Origin: Blepharisma stoltei ATCC 30299
Taxonomy: Eukaryota; Protista; Ciliophora
Direction: 5' to 3'
Assembly: GCA_965603825.1 (NCBI GenBank)
Contig: CBFDEM010000053.1
Span: 372,001-436,000, forward strand
DNA length: 64,000 nucleotides
Positions 1 through 12,589 of this stretch are shown one piece after another. Each line of letters opens with the position of its first letter. The first letter of the stretch is position 1. Below the pieces are notes generated by a model. It did no database searches. It had not been told where the DNA came from and saw nothing but the letters and a program-made list of their open reading frames with translations. The translations under genes and the position numbers were made by a program.

Positions 1-136
1 CCTCTAATTACTAAAATTTTCAATTTTATACTTACTTATGGTAGTCCTATAGTTTTTCTTCACAAATGCTTTCAATATAAATCTGATAAACTCATATATA
101 AAGTAGCATTTTTGCATGTTAAATAATAATTAACTG

Positions 137-622
137 ATGTATTCTTTCAGCAAAGTTACAAATTATTTATACCTTGGAGACTATAACGCTGCTACAAATC
201 TCGTGCTTCTTCAACATCACAAAATAACTCACATTCTTACCGTAGGAGATGGAATGACTCCTTGTAATCCTGAGCAATTTCAATGAAAATCAATAAACAT
301 TGCAGACCTCAGCTCTTGTGACATTTCCCAGCACTTTGACGAATGCAACGATTTTATTGACAAAGCAAACCGTGAAAAAGGTAGAGTCTTAGTCCATTGT
401 AGCAATGGAGTTTCTAGGGCTCCAACAATAACAATTGCATATCTAATGTACAAAAAACCCTGTGGATTTACCCAAGCTTTTGAGTTCGTCAAAGCAAAAC
501 ACCCTGATACAGCACCGAATTCAGGATTTTCAGCGCAATTAAGGCAGTATCAGACGTCTATGAATAAATCATCGAAGCATGATTTAACAACTGGAGATGC
601 GTGCAATTGTAAGCTTTTTTAG
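137..622 (+). CDS. Dual-specificity protein phosphatase (DUSP) with C-terminal CaaX-like end
   Basis: ATG 137; MYSFSKVTNYLYLGD...ITHILTV...VLVHCSNGVSRAPT (HCxxGxSR) ...PNSGF; one TGA=Trp at 284-286; ends CNCKLF-TAG. Absent from the ORF track. Confidence 0.93.
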
Positions 623-696
623 GGCATTCAGACTTTTTTCTTAATTAAGACTGCATAAAATGTTAATTCAAATTTCAATAAAATTAATATATAGAA

Positions 697-2142
697 ATGC
701 ACTACAGCATCGATGAATTTTGCCAGCTTTGTCGCCGAAATGAGTATGACCTAATCAATTCTATTCTTGAAGTTCAAAAATCAATAAAAAATCAAAGAGA
801 CTCCAAGCTCAAGCTTCCCCCTATTTGGCATGCACTTCTGTATGGATTAACGGATATCGTGAAACTTCTATTAGAAAAAGGCGCAGATCCTAATATTCCT
901 AATGAAATTGGGGAAACACCTCTTCACCATGCAGCTGATAATAATGAATATGAAATCGCTAAATTACTGCTAGAAAATAATGCCAACCCAAATCTTTTTA
1001 CAAATGAAAATGAAACAGCGTTACACCAAGCGACCTTTCGCGGACAAGTAAAAATCGTCGAACTTTTAATGAGTAAAGGTGCAAACCCTAATATTGTCAA
1101 TAATTATGGGAAAACTTCTTTGCATACAGCTGCGGAATATGATCAAATTGAATGCGTGAGGATCTTGCTTAGCTATGGAGCTGACCAATTTATAGTTGAC
1201 CATGAAGGAAGATTACCTATAGATTTATCAAAGAGCTCAACTGTGAGAAACATCATTGAAGGGTTTATCTCTAAAATCAGTTTTGAAGGTGATTTAGCAC
1301 TCTTCAGCATCCCTGAAGGCCGGATAAGTGATGAAGATAGAACTAGCACAATCTACAGCTTTCAAGGAACCCCTAGACTTTCACATTACACTCATTTATC
1401 TATTGACGACTTTAACGAGTCTCCTTTATCAAATAAATCTAATTACAATACAAAAGAAATGCCGACTAGTGATTACAATAGAATTCGTTCTAAAGAAACT
1501 GCATCAAGCTTATATGAAGTTTCTGAAAACCTTGAAGAACATGAAGAAAATTTGTCCATTTTTTCAAATACATTTAAACAATTTTTAGAAAAAATTAAGC
1601 TCGAAGAATATTACCAGGTGTTAATTAAAGCTGGTTTTGATGATTTTGAAAGCTTAGTTAAACAAATGAAAACTCCTTTGCCACTTACCTATGAAATTTT
1701 AGCAAGCAGCGGAATCACCAAGCCAGGCCACATTTTTAGATTCCTAATGATGCTTGATGTAGAAGCAGGAATTACTGATAAAACACTATTTGACCCGAAA
1801 CTTTTATTGCCAAGCTATAGCAGCTCCTTTTCTCTACACTGCGGAGATATGCCGAAAAATAATGAAAAATTAAAAGAATGGCTAATTTCTATAAAGCTAG
1901 AAAATCTGGTAAGCATTTTTGAAGAAAGCGGGTTTGATGACATAGAAATGATGATTTTGCAAATGTTTTCAAGGTATCCTGTTAATGATGATATGATAAA
2001 AAATCAAATTGGGATTGAGAAAACAGGGCACAGGATTAGAATTTTAGGAAAACTCCATGAAGATGCTAAAGGAATAATAGATAATTTGAATAAGTGTGGA
2101 GAAAACCAGCATCAAGTGTGCTCAGGGTGTGAGTTATTGTAA
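697..2142 (+). CDS. Ankyrin-repeat protein with two SAM-like domains and CaaX end (CELL)
   Basis: About 4 ankyrin repeats (GETPLHHAA, TALHQA, GKTSLHTAA); two SAM-like blocks (FLEKIKLEEY...GITKPGH; WLISIKLENL...GIEKTGHRIRIL). Confidence 0.88.
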   Translation: MHYSIDEFCQLCRRNEYDLINSILEVQKSIKNQRDSKLKLPPIWHALLYGLTDIVKLLLEKGADPNIPNEIGETPLHHAADNNEYEIAKLLLENNANPNLFTNENETALHQATFRGQVKIVELLMSKGANPNIVNNYGKTSLHTAAEYDQIECVRILLSYGADQFIVDHEGRLPIDLSKSSTVRNIIEGFISKISFEGDLALFSIPEGRISDEDRTSTIYSFQGTPRLSHYTHLSIDDFNESPLSNKSNYNTKEMPTSDYNRIRSKETASSLYEVSENLEEHEENLSIFSNTFKQFLEKIKLEEYYQVLIKAGFDDFESLVKQMKTPLPLTYEILASSGITKPGHIFRFLMMLDVEAGITDKTLFDPKLLLPSYSSSFSLHCGDMPKNNEKLKEWLISIKLENLVSIFEESGFDDIEMMILQMFSRYPVNDDMIKNQIGIEKTGHRIRILGKLHEDAKGIIDNLNKCGENQHQVCSGCELL

Positions 2143-2469
2143 TTAATATTAATTTTAATTAATTTTAAAGGTGTTTAAATTCAGATATTTATATAGAAAA
2201 TATCTATATGTTTAATATTCACAGAGCTTGCTGAATCGATAACTTTATTAACCTTATCATTTGATTTTTATAGGACTGTCTATATAGATTATATAGGCTT
2301 TTTAGGCGCATTTATTGATCTGAAATTTTTATCGTGGGGGCTATCACTATTATGATTTCAAAGCTCCAGCATTGAATCATCTATAAGGGAAATAGCTTTT
2401 ACTTTTTCATGATTATTTAACCATTTATTTTTAATCAGTTAATTTTAGAAATTTATTTATAGTTTCAGA

Positions 2470-4614
2470 TTAAGAAAGATATTTTTCTGGCAAACTTCCT
2501 CTTCTGCCTCGCTGAATGCTCTTAAAAAGCCTTTCATATTCTTCTAAATTCTCATCTTGCGGAGCTCCATCTATCGAAGTTTGGCGTCTGTTAGGATGAT
2601 GATGAGATATTCAGAATTTTTCGTTTTCTTCAAGCTGCACTAGTAGTTTTTCTTTAATGCTAGGGCAAAACGCTAGCATATTATAAGTTTGATACAAAGG
2701 CACCACAATGTTTTTAATAAATCCAATCTGCGTCTTCGCTATCTCAGTCGTCTCCCTTTCACAATACATAGACACTTGTATCCCCATCGCTTTTTCTACA
2801 TCTCCTTGATCAAAATATTCCTGAATTATCAATGCACATCATTTTACATGTAAATCTCTTTTTTTCGCTGCATGCCCCACATCTGCCACTTTTATAGTCA
2901 TTTTAAACATATCAAATCTAAAATCAGGATCATTCATATCTTGGCGGTCATTTATTGACAAATATTTTGCCTTAAAATGGCTAACAATTTCAAAATGTTT
3001 GGCTAAATCTGTCGATAAAATCATTTCAATGATCATTTTACGGACTAATGACCATCTGTCAGGGTCTATTGATTTTATTAGGTCATAAGCATGCTCTTTT
3101 AGGATTTTAAATACAATGGAGGCATGATGCATTTCGAGGACACTGATGTCGTTAAATTGGATAGCGAGGTCGTCCATTGTTACTATAAGGAAACGATTGC
3201 TTTTAGCTGGATGACCGACATCGTGGCCTAATGATGTAATAATTCCTGCTAAAAGTTCTAAGCTATTGATTTCTTCAAGAATAAAAGTATTGAAAACTAT
3301 ATAGAGAAATGAGCACATCACGTCAGCTGCGTGACAAGAATTATGATAAGGGTTGTTATTATTGTATCTGCCTTCTAATTCTTTTAAAAAATTTATGAGT
3401 GTGTTTTCGCTCATGTTAAAGATATCTTTTATTCCGTATTTAACTATAGCGTAATATCCACAGGTTTGTAAAGGTCTTTCACCAGAGCAGTCACTCACAA
3501 AAAATGTGTTAAAATCCCATTCTCTACCAATTTGGCTTAAAACCCCTTGAAGTTCGGCTACACCATATATTGAGTCAATTTTTATAAGAGATCTTTCTCT
3601 TGGGGGGAGACTGTAAACTGTTCCGCCTCTTTTTGACACAAAAGTCTGCTCAATATAAATTTTGTCTTGCTCATCTAAACCTTTAGTAATATTTTCTATA
3701 TTTAGATAATAAACATTAGTACTTCTCCTTAGTCTTGCCAAAATTGATCTCAAAATTCCTGTCGAAGCAATTGCTTGCTCTTTGGCCTTAGGATCCTTAG
3801 ATTCACTGATAATCTTTAATGATTCTATTGATGAATTTATAGCGTCTACAATTTCTTCTATCACAGTATCAGCTTGTTTCTTGGCTCCATGGATAATTCC
3901 ATCAGTTTTTAAATCGTTTTCCGATATAAAACTTTGGCTATCTTTTGCGATTTCAAGATACTGGGTATGGACTTTTTTCGGTTCTTGGAGACTTATAATG
4001 AGAAATCCAAAAACAATTAAAATCGAAAAAAACTGGAAAATCGTAAGATTCTTGCTTTGATTTCCTGCAAGATTCAGGAAAAAAGCAAAAATTAGAAGTA
4101 ATCCACTCGTTATTTCGAAGTTTCTATGATTTTTAATCCTTTTATGAGAAACAACTAAAATAATAGCAATGGCGGAGAGACTAGGCATACAACCTTTACT
4201 ATCATCTTCGTCCATAATGGTGCTATAAGTATTAGGATCAGATAAAATTATAGCAGTTCCTGCTATTAAATATAATAGACTTGGCAGTGATCATCTATCA
4301 AGCAATCCTGGGCCGAATTTCATTTCAATAATAAATGAGATACAGCAAAGCAAAAAACTTGCTGAAAGTATTGATGTTCCAAATATGAACTCTTTAAGAT
4401 TGACTTCCCCATCATTATAATTAAGGATTATTGCGATAATACACAGCAAAATAGTTGTCAAATAACACAGATAAAATTTGAAATCAGTCAATTTCAGGCT
4501 GTTAGCCATTTCCGATTGGTTCATTGTTATTTCCCGGGCTGGCGATATTTGGGTAATGTCATTGATTATTTGATTTTTAGAAGCCACCAAAAGCCCATTT
4601 CCGCTTAGTTCCAT
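2470..4614 (-). CDS. Membrane-anchored class I cyclic nucleotide phosphodiesterase
   Basis: Three same-frame ORFs joined by TGA=Trp; N-terminal TM helices; PYHNSCHAADV, HDVGHP, LEMHH, ILSTDL, ADVGH, EYFDQGD, QIGF; TAA at 2470-2472. Confidence 0.93.
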
Positions 4615-4652
4615 AATTTTTAATTTTTTTGTACTTTTGGTAGCAGATAATT

Positions 4653-6863
4653 ATGAAAACGACCCATAAGAGATTTGTAAAAAAATTGAATGAATGATCA
4701 GCCCATCAAATTTTGCCTTTGCCTCATTTAGAGCTTGAGAGAAATTTATTAGATTTTTCAATTGAATACAAAGAATACTTAAAAAATTGGGAAAAAATTG
4801 TAAAAGCTTTCATGGAAGCTTTGACTATAAGCAATTGTATGAAAATTACTGAGAAACTGAATGAGGAATGCGATAGAATAATTTTTGCAGCTGAACATTT
4901 GATTTTTCAGGCTGATTCAGAAAATATTTATAATATGCTAAACGAATTAGAAAGACAATACGCAAAAGGAATTGAAAATATGATTTTATATTTAGATTCC
5001 ATGATCCCAATAGAATTTGAAGCAAGAAGTCATATAAATTTAAAAAAAATCGTAGAAAATGTTGAAATTGGCATTGTAAAAGCTTTGGATAATTTGCAAA
5101 ACGATTTTTATAAAGATTTGCAAAATGCTATGATAGAGATTTCAAATAATGCAGAAAATCATATAGAAAATTTATTAAATTCGCATTATCATGCTTTTCC
5201 TGAAGAAATGGTTGATCTTATAAATACTGAGCTAAATTCTTATAACGAACATATTAGAAATTTTATAAAAAATACCTACGGAAGTGTGCCGAATTGTTTG
5301 TTTAAAGGTCACCACAACAAAGTTAAAGCAAATTCATTATTAAAATATGAGGAAATATGGGAAAATCAAATGAATAGATTGATTTATGAATTTAAAATTT
5401 ATATAAATGAAGTACTTAGTTTATTTCAAAAAAATGAATTAAAATTATTTGATAGGAAAATTTGTAATGATATTTCAAGGGAAGCTTTGGCAGGAATTAT
5501 TATTCAAACGTCTTTGGATTCAAATTTCTGTATTGATCAGCTTAATAATATCTTAAACTATTTGAATTTAGATGAAAGTGCAATAGACGAATTATTTAAT
5601 TTAGATCAGCAAAAGAAAATCCAAGAATATTCTCATCATTTTCGCTTAAGCACAAATGATAAAGGAAGATTTCTTACCATTATTTCGCTGATTTTGGTAT
5701 TTTCTAACACTCATGATGATATTTTTATCGAAAATTCACAATTAACAAAATTTCACCCCGGAAATCGAGAATGGCTGAGTCAAATAATTTTTCACGCTTT
5801 CTCTGGCTACAGAAGTTCTGATAAAGAATACTCAAAATCCTGCAGTTATCTACAACTAATGCTTATAGGTGAGCAGAGAGTTGCTAGAGAACTGCTTAGA
5901 ATGAATAAACAAATTCTTGACAGCCATTTTATTGATTTATACCCAGAAATCTCCTCATTGGATTTTTCAGACAAAAAAATCGAAAAATTATCAAAAATCA
6001 CTGAAATGGTCAAAATTGCCTCAAATTTTCTTTCAGAAGAATCCTCTGTAAAGCAATGGATTTCTCATGCAGTAAATGCAGTTGAAAATTTTGCGGTAAA
6101 AGATATTTAGTTCAAAGACCAAAATTTGCAAATAAATAGCCTGGCTTTAGAGTGTATTAAATATGAACCATCTTTGCACATAACAATTGTAATATCTGGG
6201 TGGCTTTCAGAAGAAGATAATAGTGCGGAGTCTTGACATCACATAATTAATAGGTCGTTTCAAGGCCAAGTTTATGTGCTTAAATGAGATTCAAGCAGCC
6301 CTACAAAATTCTTAATCGAAATTCTTAAGATTATCAGTGGGGTGTTAATAACTGATCAGCTTATTTCTACATTATTTCTATTATCAGCAGCTTATAAGCT
6401 TTATAAATTAGACCCTTTTAAAGCAAGCCAAAAGCGAGCTGAAGTTGCTGGAAAAGCATTAGCGCATATCATAAAAAGCAATCTTTTTAAAAGAGCTAAT
6501 ATCACTTTAATTGGATTTTCTTTAGGTGTTGGCATAATCCATTCATGCTTAAAAGAATTATCCAATGAAAATCTACAATATATCCATAATGCTATATTAA
6601 TGGGAGGAGCTGCATCTGCTTCTAGTGAAGAATGAATAAAATGTAAAACAGCAGTATCAGGTAGGCTTATAAATTTGTATAGTAAAAATGACTTGGTTCT
6701 CTCAATTCTCTATAGGATATCACGATTAGAAAAAGCAGTTGGGTATGAAAAAATTGAAGTCAATGGTATAGAAAATTATGACATATCATCCTTTGTGGAC
6801 AGTCATACAAGATACCGAGAAGTCATGGGAAGCCTATTTGAGTTTATATCATATTATAACTAA
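4653..6863 (+). CDS. DUF726/TMCO4-like alpha/beta-hydrolase-fold protein
   Basis: ATG 4653; 15-nt intron 6096-6110; C-terminal ITIVISGWL, ITLIGFSLG, AILMGGA, INLYSKNDLVL motifs; several TGA=Trp. Confidence 0.82.
6096..6110 (+). other. 15-nt spliceosomal intron
   Basis: GTAAAAGATATTTAG; A at position 10; removing it deletes an in-frame TAG and restores the ORF. Confidence 0.9.
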
Positions 6864-6903
6864 TTTCTATTAATAACTTAACTGTTAATTATAAAGCCTA
6901 TAT

Positions 6904-7584
6904 TTAAAATATTTGGCTTTTGCAGTCTTCTTGCTTCTTCTGTGGCTCTTCTTTCTTTTCTTCTGGCTTTTTATTTCTCTTCTCATTCCTCTGCGCTCCT
7001 GCTGACTTATTTCTATTCCCTCTATAATTTCCTCTATTTCTTTTATAATTTCTCCCTTGGTTATTTTCATTTCTCTTTTTATTTTCTTTCTTTTCTTCTT
7101 TATTTTCTTCTTTAGTTTCTTCTACTTTTTGCTCTTCTTTTTTCCCTGGATTTCATGTTAACTTATTCAACGAATATTCTTCATCAAAATCCCTCACCTT
7201 TTTTTCCTCTGTGTGGCCTTCTGCAAGCTCAGGTTCTACAACTTTTTTATTTTCTTGAGATTTATGCCTTATTCTTTTCTCAGGCTTTTTTTCTCTATTT
7301 TGGGGTTTATTTTGAGATTTTTGCTTGGAGTTGTAGTCTGATATTGCTTTATTTTGAGATTCAGTAGGCCTGTCAGAGCATTCATGCTGCATATGCTCGA
7401 TCACTTCAGCTTGGTCAAGCCAGTGCTCTTTATTGTAGGAGCACTGGACTTTAGATAAAGCTTTTTTGCTGGATTCGGATTGGTTTTTGGAGCATTTGAG
7501 CATGTGCCAGATAATTCTGTTGGGCTTCATGTGATGTGAAGGGTTAAATGGACATGCAACTTCTGGCTGCTGCTGAGTTTCCAT
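6904..7584 (-). CDS. GTSF1: GTSF1/Asterix-like protein with tandem CHHC (U11-48K-type) zinc fingers
   Basis: CPFNPSH...RIIWHMLKC and CSYNKEH...EVIEHMQHEC; acidic/aromatic middle DFDEEYSLNKLT-W(TGA); basic N/R/G tail; TAA 6904-6906. Confidence 0.78.
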
Positions 7585-7784
7585 AATTTAATTAGGAGAA
7601 TAGATAGATTTCGATTGAAAAAATGATAGCAAATTGATTGATTGTTTTAGCTAATTAATGCATAGCGATACATGAATAATTATTTTGGATAAATTTGTGC
7701 TTTATATCAAAAATGCCTATAATTGACAATCTTATTAATAATTTTAGCAAAATTAAACTAACACATAATTAATATCTGTAGCAA

Positions 7785-8315
7785 CTAAACAAGCCAGTCA
7801 ATAATTTCATTGCTATCCGTACTTGAAATCTCATTAATTTTAATTTTTTTTGTATTTTCTTTCCATTCTATGTCACCTTTATAAGGGGAAAATTTTCTCT
7901 TTTTATTTGCTGTGTTTACATTATTTCCCCTCAGCGGAGTTATTAAAGGGCTGCCGCTAATATATTTTAGCCTACAAGACGACTGATCCAAGTTTATTTG
8001 TGGTGAAAGCTCATCTAATTTAAACTGGCAATTTTTTGAATTTGAGATTTTGTTTCTTCATTTGGGCGAATAATGGGTATAATTAAGATTTTCGTCTAAA
8101 GTGACATTAGAGATATCCAGCAAGTCAATAGCGCTGGGTTTTCGTTTTCTTAATGAGTATGGTGATGAAGATGATCTCAAAGAGGTGGGTGACTTGAGAA
8201 TTAGGTCTTTATAGTCTTTCTTAAAAAGAGGTGAGCTTGGAATTATCATGATATCGCTATCATCAGGAAGATTCAGTTTTTCCCTTCTATCAAACTTCTC
8301 TTCTCTTGATTCCAT
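7785..8315 (-). CDS. Hypothetical low-complexity protein rich in SP/TP motifs
   Basis: Two same-frame ORFs joined by TGA=Trp at 8058-8060; ends TAG. Confidence 0.7.
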
Positions 8316-8375
8316 TTTAAATCTTCAATTCTATATGAAAAATTTAAAGTGCCATGGAAGGTTATATCTAAAATT

Positions 8376-9284
8376 ATGGCATCACAAATGTTCATTGATA
8401 GATTCAAAGACAAAGTATCAACGATGAATAAACTAGGCGAATTTGACGTTGATGTTTCGAAAGCTGTAAACAAACCTGCAGGGATACCCCAGAAATCAAT
8501 CATGCAAATTTCTGCATCCAATATAATAAAAAGCAACTACCAAACCTCTGTTTCCCCTACAAACGAATATACTACATTTGCAAGACCAATTAAATTGCAA
8601 GGCCCAACTGAGCGTTCATTTTATGCTCCCCCGAGTGAAGCTGCCTCAGAACCCACCAATTTTCATTTAATGAACCCTAAAAGCAGTTATTATCCAGCTC
8701 CAGAAAATATTTCGCATGGCTACTCGGCTCAACAGTCTCCAAGAGTCTCTGAAGTTCATCAAAAACCTAAAAAGGCAGCATCAGCAGCCCCTTTGAGAAA
8801 AACCCAAGAAACTTTGTTATCAACAAACAGTAACCAATTAATTTCACATGCAAAAAGGAGAGTTATTGATTTTACTCCTTATACATTGAAAGATTATAAA
8901 ATAATAAAAACAGAAAAATATTACGAATTAGGAGGTCTTGGACCTTTTAATATAGGAACTGAAGAATGGGAAAAAAAGAAAGAGCTGCAGGACAGGAAAA
9001 AAGAATACGCTAAACAAGTAATGCAAGCTAATTCATCATTGATACCACCAGCTGTATTAAAAAAACCAAAAGAAAAAGACAAAGAAATTAGCACAAGGCA
9101 GCGAGCTATAGAATTTGCAAAAAAAATCCAAAAGCCTCCATTGAAGGCTAAGGTGTTTAATGGTGAAATTAAAGAAGAAAAAGAAGAATTTGAAGACAAA
9201 ACGCTATCCTGGCTAGAAAATTTAGAAAAACAGCATGAGCTATATAAAAGCAAAGCCCAAGAAATCAGGACTAAGATGGAGTAA
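8376..9284 (+). CDS. JHY-domain (ciliary) protein
   Basis: First ATG at 8376; FTPYTLKDYK...LGGLGP...KEYAKQV...RAIEFAKKIQKP...LEKQH resembles the JHY C-terminal domain. Confidence 0.72.
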   Translation: MASQMFIDRFKDKVSTMNKLGEFDVDVSKAVNKPAGIPQKSIMQISASNIIKSNYQTSVSPTNEYTTFARPIKLQGPTERSFYAPPSEAASEPTNFHLMNPKSSYYPAPENISHGYSAQQSPRVSEVHQKPKKAASAAPLRKTQETLLSTNSNQLISHAKRRVIDFTPYTLKDYKIIKTEKYYELGGLGPFNIGTEEWEKKKELQDRKKEYAKQVMQANSSLIPPAVLKKPKEKDKEISTRQRAIEFAKKIQKPPLKAKVFNGEIKEEKEEFEDKTLSWLENLEKQHELYKSKAQEIRTKME

Positions 9285-9387
9285 TATATTATTTTCTTTA
9301 TTTCATTGTAAAAATCTTGCAATCAAATTTTCATCTAAAATCAATAAAGATTGACAAATAAAAATTAATTAAATTATTATAATATAA

Positions 9388-12300
9388 ATGTTGAGGCTTA
9401 GGTTTATTTCAAAAGGACTCTTTCGCTCGTTTTCAGGGCTTCCACCTCAGTACAGCATAGAAAAAGTTAGGATAGATCAAAAATTTGCAAGTGCTAAAAA
9501 TTTGGATTCATTTGTAAGCGATAGACTTGTCCAAATTTTCTTATTTAGGGCTTATATACATATTTAAAATTTCTCACGAGCAAAAGCTAAAAGTTGACCC
9601 AGAAACAAAAAATAAGTTAAGAAAATATTAGAAACAGTTTTAAGTAACATTGAAAAGCTTGATTCTCAAGGTATCGTCAATTTTTGTGAACTAGTTACAA
9701 ACTATGATATATCAACCACAGCAATATTTTGAACAGAAATGAATAAGAAAAAATTGATTGATCGCATAAATGAGCACGTAATAAATCGCTCTTTTGACAG
9801 AAAACAAATTCTATTAATCTATGAGATAATGGCGCCTTTTGTCTTTAAAATTAGTGAGCTAGAGAATGAGGTTGATAGAATTGCTGATAGTCAATTAAAT
9901 TTGGAAGAAATTTCAAAGATTTTAACTGGAGCCGGAAGAACTATCTATTTATCAAATATCAAGCAATTCTTTTCTTGTATGAAGCAAATTATTCAATTAA
10001 ATAAAGAAGAGCTTAATGTGAGCTATTTAAGCAAAATTTTAAATGTTTTATCTATTATTAGTGCAAGTCAGGCCTCTAAGGAATATTTATCCACTTTTTT
10101 AATGCACATTGAAAATAATTTGCATAGGTGGAAAAAAAATGATTTATTATCAATCATCAAAATCTATAAGAATAACAATCTTGGCTATCAAGATTTGCAC
10201 ATAAACGCATTAAAAAGACTAAATGCATTTCTCTGCAATAGTCAACCTATAGAATTTGTTACTGAATTGGCTTCTCTTTTAAAAAACAGTGAACGTAAGA
10301 ATTATATTGCTGATGAAATATTTTCAAAGAGTTATCAAATAATTAAGGAAAAATTGTCAAAAGAGTCAATAGACTTCGAAAATTTAAAACAAATACTTGA
10401 TTTTATAGGCCCGAATATTGATCATCAGACTGCACTGCTATTAGCTGACCAAATAAATAGTAAAAACTTTAGTCATAATGACGCGATGGAAATATTTTCA
10501 AAAGCTTCATGATTGTTATGTATTAATAAAGAAGGAAAACTTTTCTCTTTGGCCGATTTAATTCAAAAAAAATTTAGCTATAATCAATTTCAAAAACATC
10601 ATAGAAAAATTGATATACTTATTAGCATTATCCTTACAAAGAATTATGAGATGCATGGTCTCCAGGAAATAAAAGAATATCTTATAGATGAAATAAAAGA
10701 GTCAATTACTTTAAGCATTGACAATTTAAAGAAATTTATTAACACTCTTAAAGATAAAGAATATAGCTCAAAGCTCTACAGAGAATGAAAACCTTTGCAA
10801 GCCACAGCTTTTCGCTTATTAGAAAAAACACAAATAAAAAATAATAGCCTACATTTTTCGATGTTTTTCTATGAGTCTAATCCTGAAAAATGAAAAGACT
10901 TTGTGATTGAAAATAAAAATATCTTTTAACTTGAAGACATCTGAAAAGCAATAAAATTGTATAAAGGACCTTTTGAAGCAATCTTATTTTTACTACAAAT
11001 TTATAAAAATAAGCTATCTGTACGATGGATAGGTGCAGCCATGGATAGGATTTTAGAAGTGAAGAATTTCCAAGTTTTAAATGATTTTTGTCGTATCCTA
11101 AACAAATTAGACCCTTATTATTTATTATACAATTCTGAAATTTATTCAAGAAATGAAGTCTTTAATTATCTTTTTAAGAATTCTGACTTTAGTTTACTGA
11201 CAGATTTATTTGCTGGAGCTTTCAAATTGCTAAAGGATCTGCCTATTAATTCTATCTTTAACAATTGAAATATCAAAATACTTAGCTTTGTGTCACAACT
11301 TGGCATGCTAGAACCGGAAATGGCTGATTCTGTTATATCTAACTATGCTTTTATGAAGGAAACTGATGGATGATTCATGCTGATTATTTCTTCAAAATGT
11401 ACTGATTTTAACCTGAGAAAAAACATAATTAATAAAATTTTCGACAAGATCAATGAGAAATCGGCTTATTTTTTACTTCCTTTGGCTATCAATAGATACT
11501 GATATCATCCAAAAACAGAAGAAATTGATAATTATATTATTGATAAATTGGAAAAAATTGTTCCACTTAATGGAATACGTGGTGTCTGAACTATGGCAGA
11601 GGTAATTAGCAATCTTTCCAATTTGAATATTAATGATCATATAGAGTTATATAATGCAATAGCATCCCTATTGCAAAAATCAGTTTCAAAAAATGTTGGA
11701 AACTTATTATTTCAAGATTTGGATAAATTGCTAAATTTAGCTCATGATAATATGCCCGTGGGTCTTAATTTTGCTCAAATAATCTGTGAAAGCCAAAGGA
11801 ACGATAAATTATTTAATAAAGAGCACAAAAGAGAGCAGCTCATAGAAAAAATAAAAACAGTAGGATTATCTAACAAAAAGACAGTTTTAGCAGTTTGCAA
11901 TAAGCGAGATAACTTTAGAACAGCTTATTTAGCAGAAACTATTTCATTTTTGGCAGAATTAAGATTTGAACACAAAAAAGAGGAATGGGCTATCAAAATG
12001 GCTAATGAATTAAAGGATTACGTGGAAGATAAAAAGATTTGCTTTGAAAATGATAAAGAACACATCAGCTGGATATTTGGGCTTGCTGCTTTTAAAGCTA
12101 ATAAGTCAGCTATCATGAGACATATAGAAAACCGTAAAAATTTTGACTGCGAATTGCCAACTTTTAAGCATTTTCTACTTGAAAATCACTTCAGCATGGA
12201 CCCAGATTACAAAGAAGTGAGATTCCTCAATCAAGAGATAAACAAATATTGACAGGATTTTGACTATTTAAAGCATTTTGGAATTGATAAGCCACTTATC

Positions 12301-12567
12301 AAACATATTGAATCATCGCTCAATAAGGAAAATCTTGAAATAGAAATTGGGACATTTTTTGACAAAATTTGGATACCTTTTTACATTCCAAGCAAAAAGA
12401 TAGCTTTATGGCCAGTGGCAAAATCGGCTCTTTTATATCAATCAAATAATGTAAGAGGAGAATTTTTTATGCACCGAAACCAAATTCTTAGAAAGATAAA
12501 AGATTTGAAAATCCTTAGTGTAGAAGAGGCTTATAAAATTGATCTAAAGCAATTTCTTAATATTTAA
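9388..12567 (+). pseudogene. Large mitochondrial helical-repeat protein with degenerate RAP-like C-terminus; reading frame disrupted
   Basis: Presequence MLRLRFISKGLFRSFS; frame continuous with TGA=Trp from 9616 to TAA 12565-12567 except for an in-frame TAA at 10927-10929; apparent compensating frameshifts at about 9535-9616; no 15/16-nt intron fixes either lesion. Confidence 0.5.
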
Positions 12568-12589
12568 TATCATCAATATATTAATTAAA

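Noticed and set aside
280-492. Listed minus-strand 70-aa ORF, and similar short antisense or alternate-frame ORFs throughout (e.g. 3782-4060, 8921-9322, 15631-16086, 40772-41161, 55255-55615, 58636-58914)
   Set aside because: They are shadows of well-supported genes on the other strand or frame.
6885-7070. Basic 61-aa ORF
   Set aside because: Alternate frame of the GTSF1-like C-terminus once TGA is read through.
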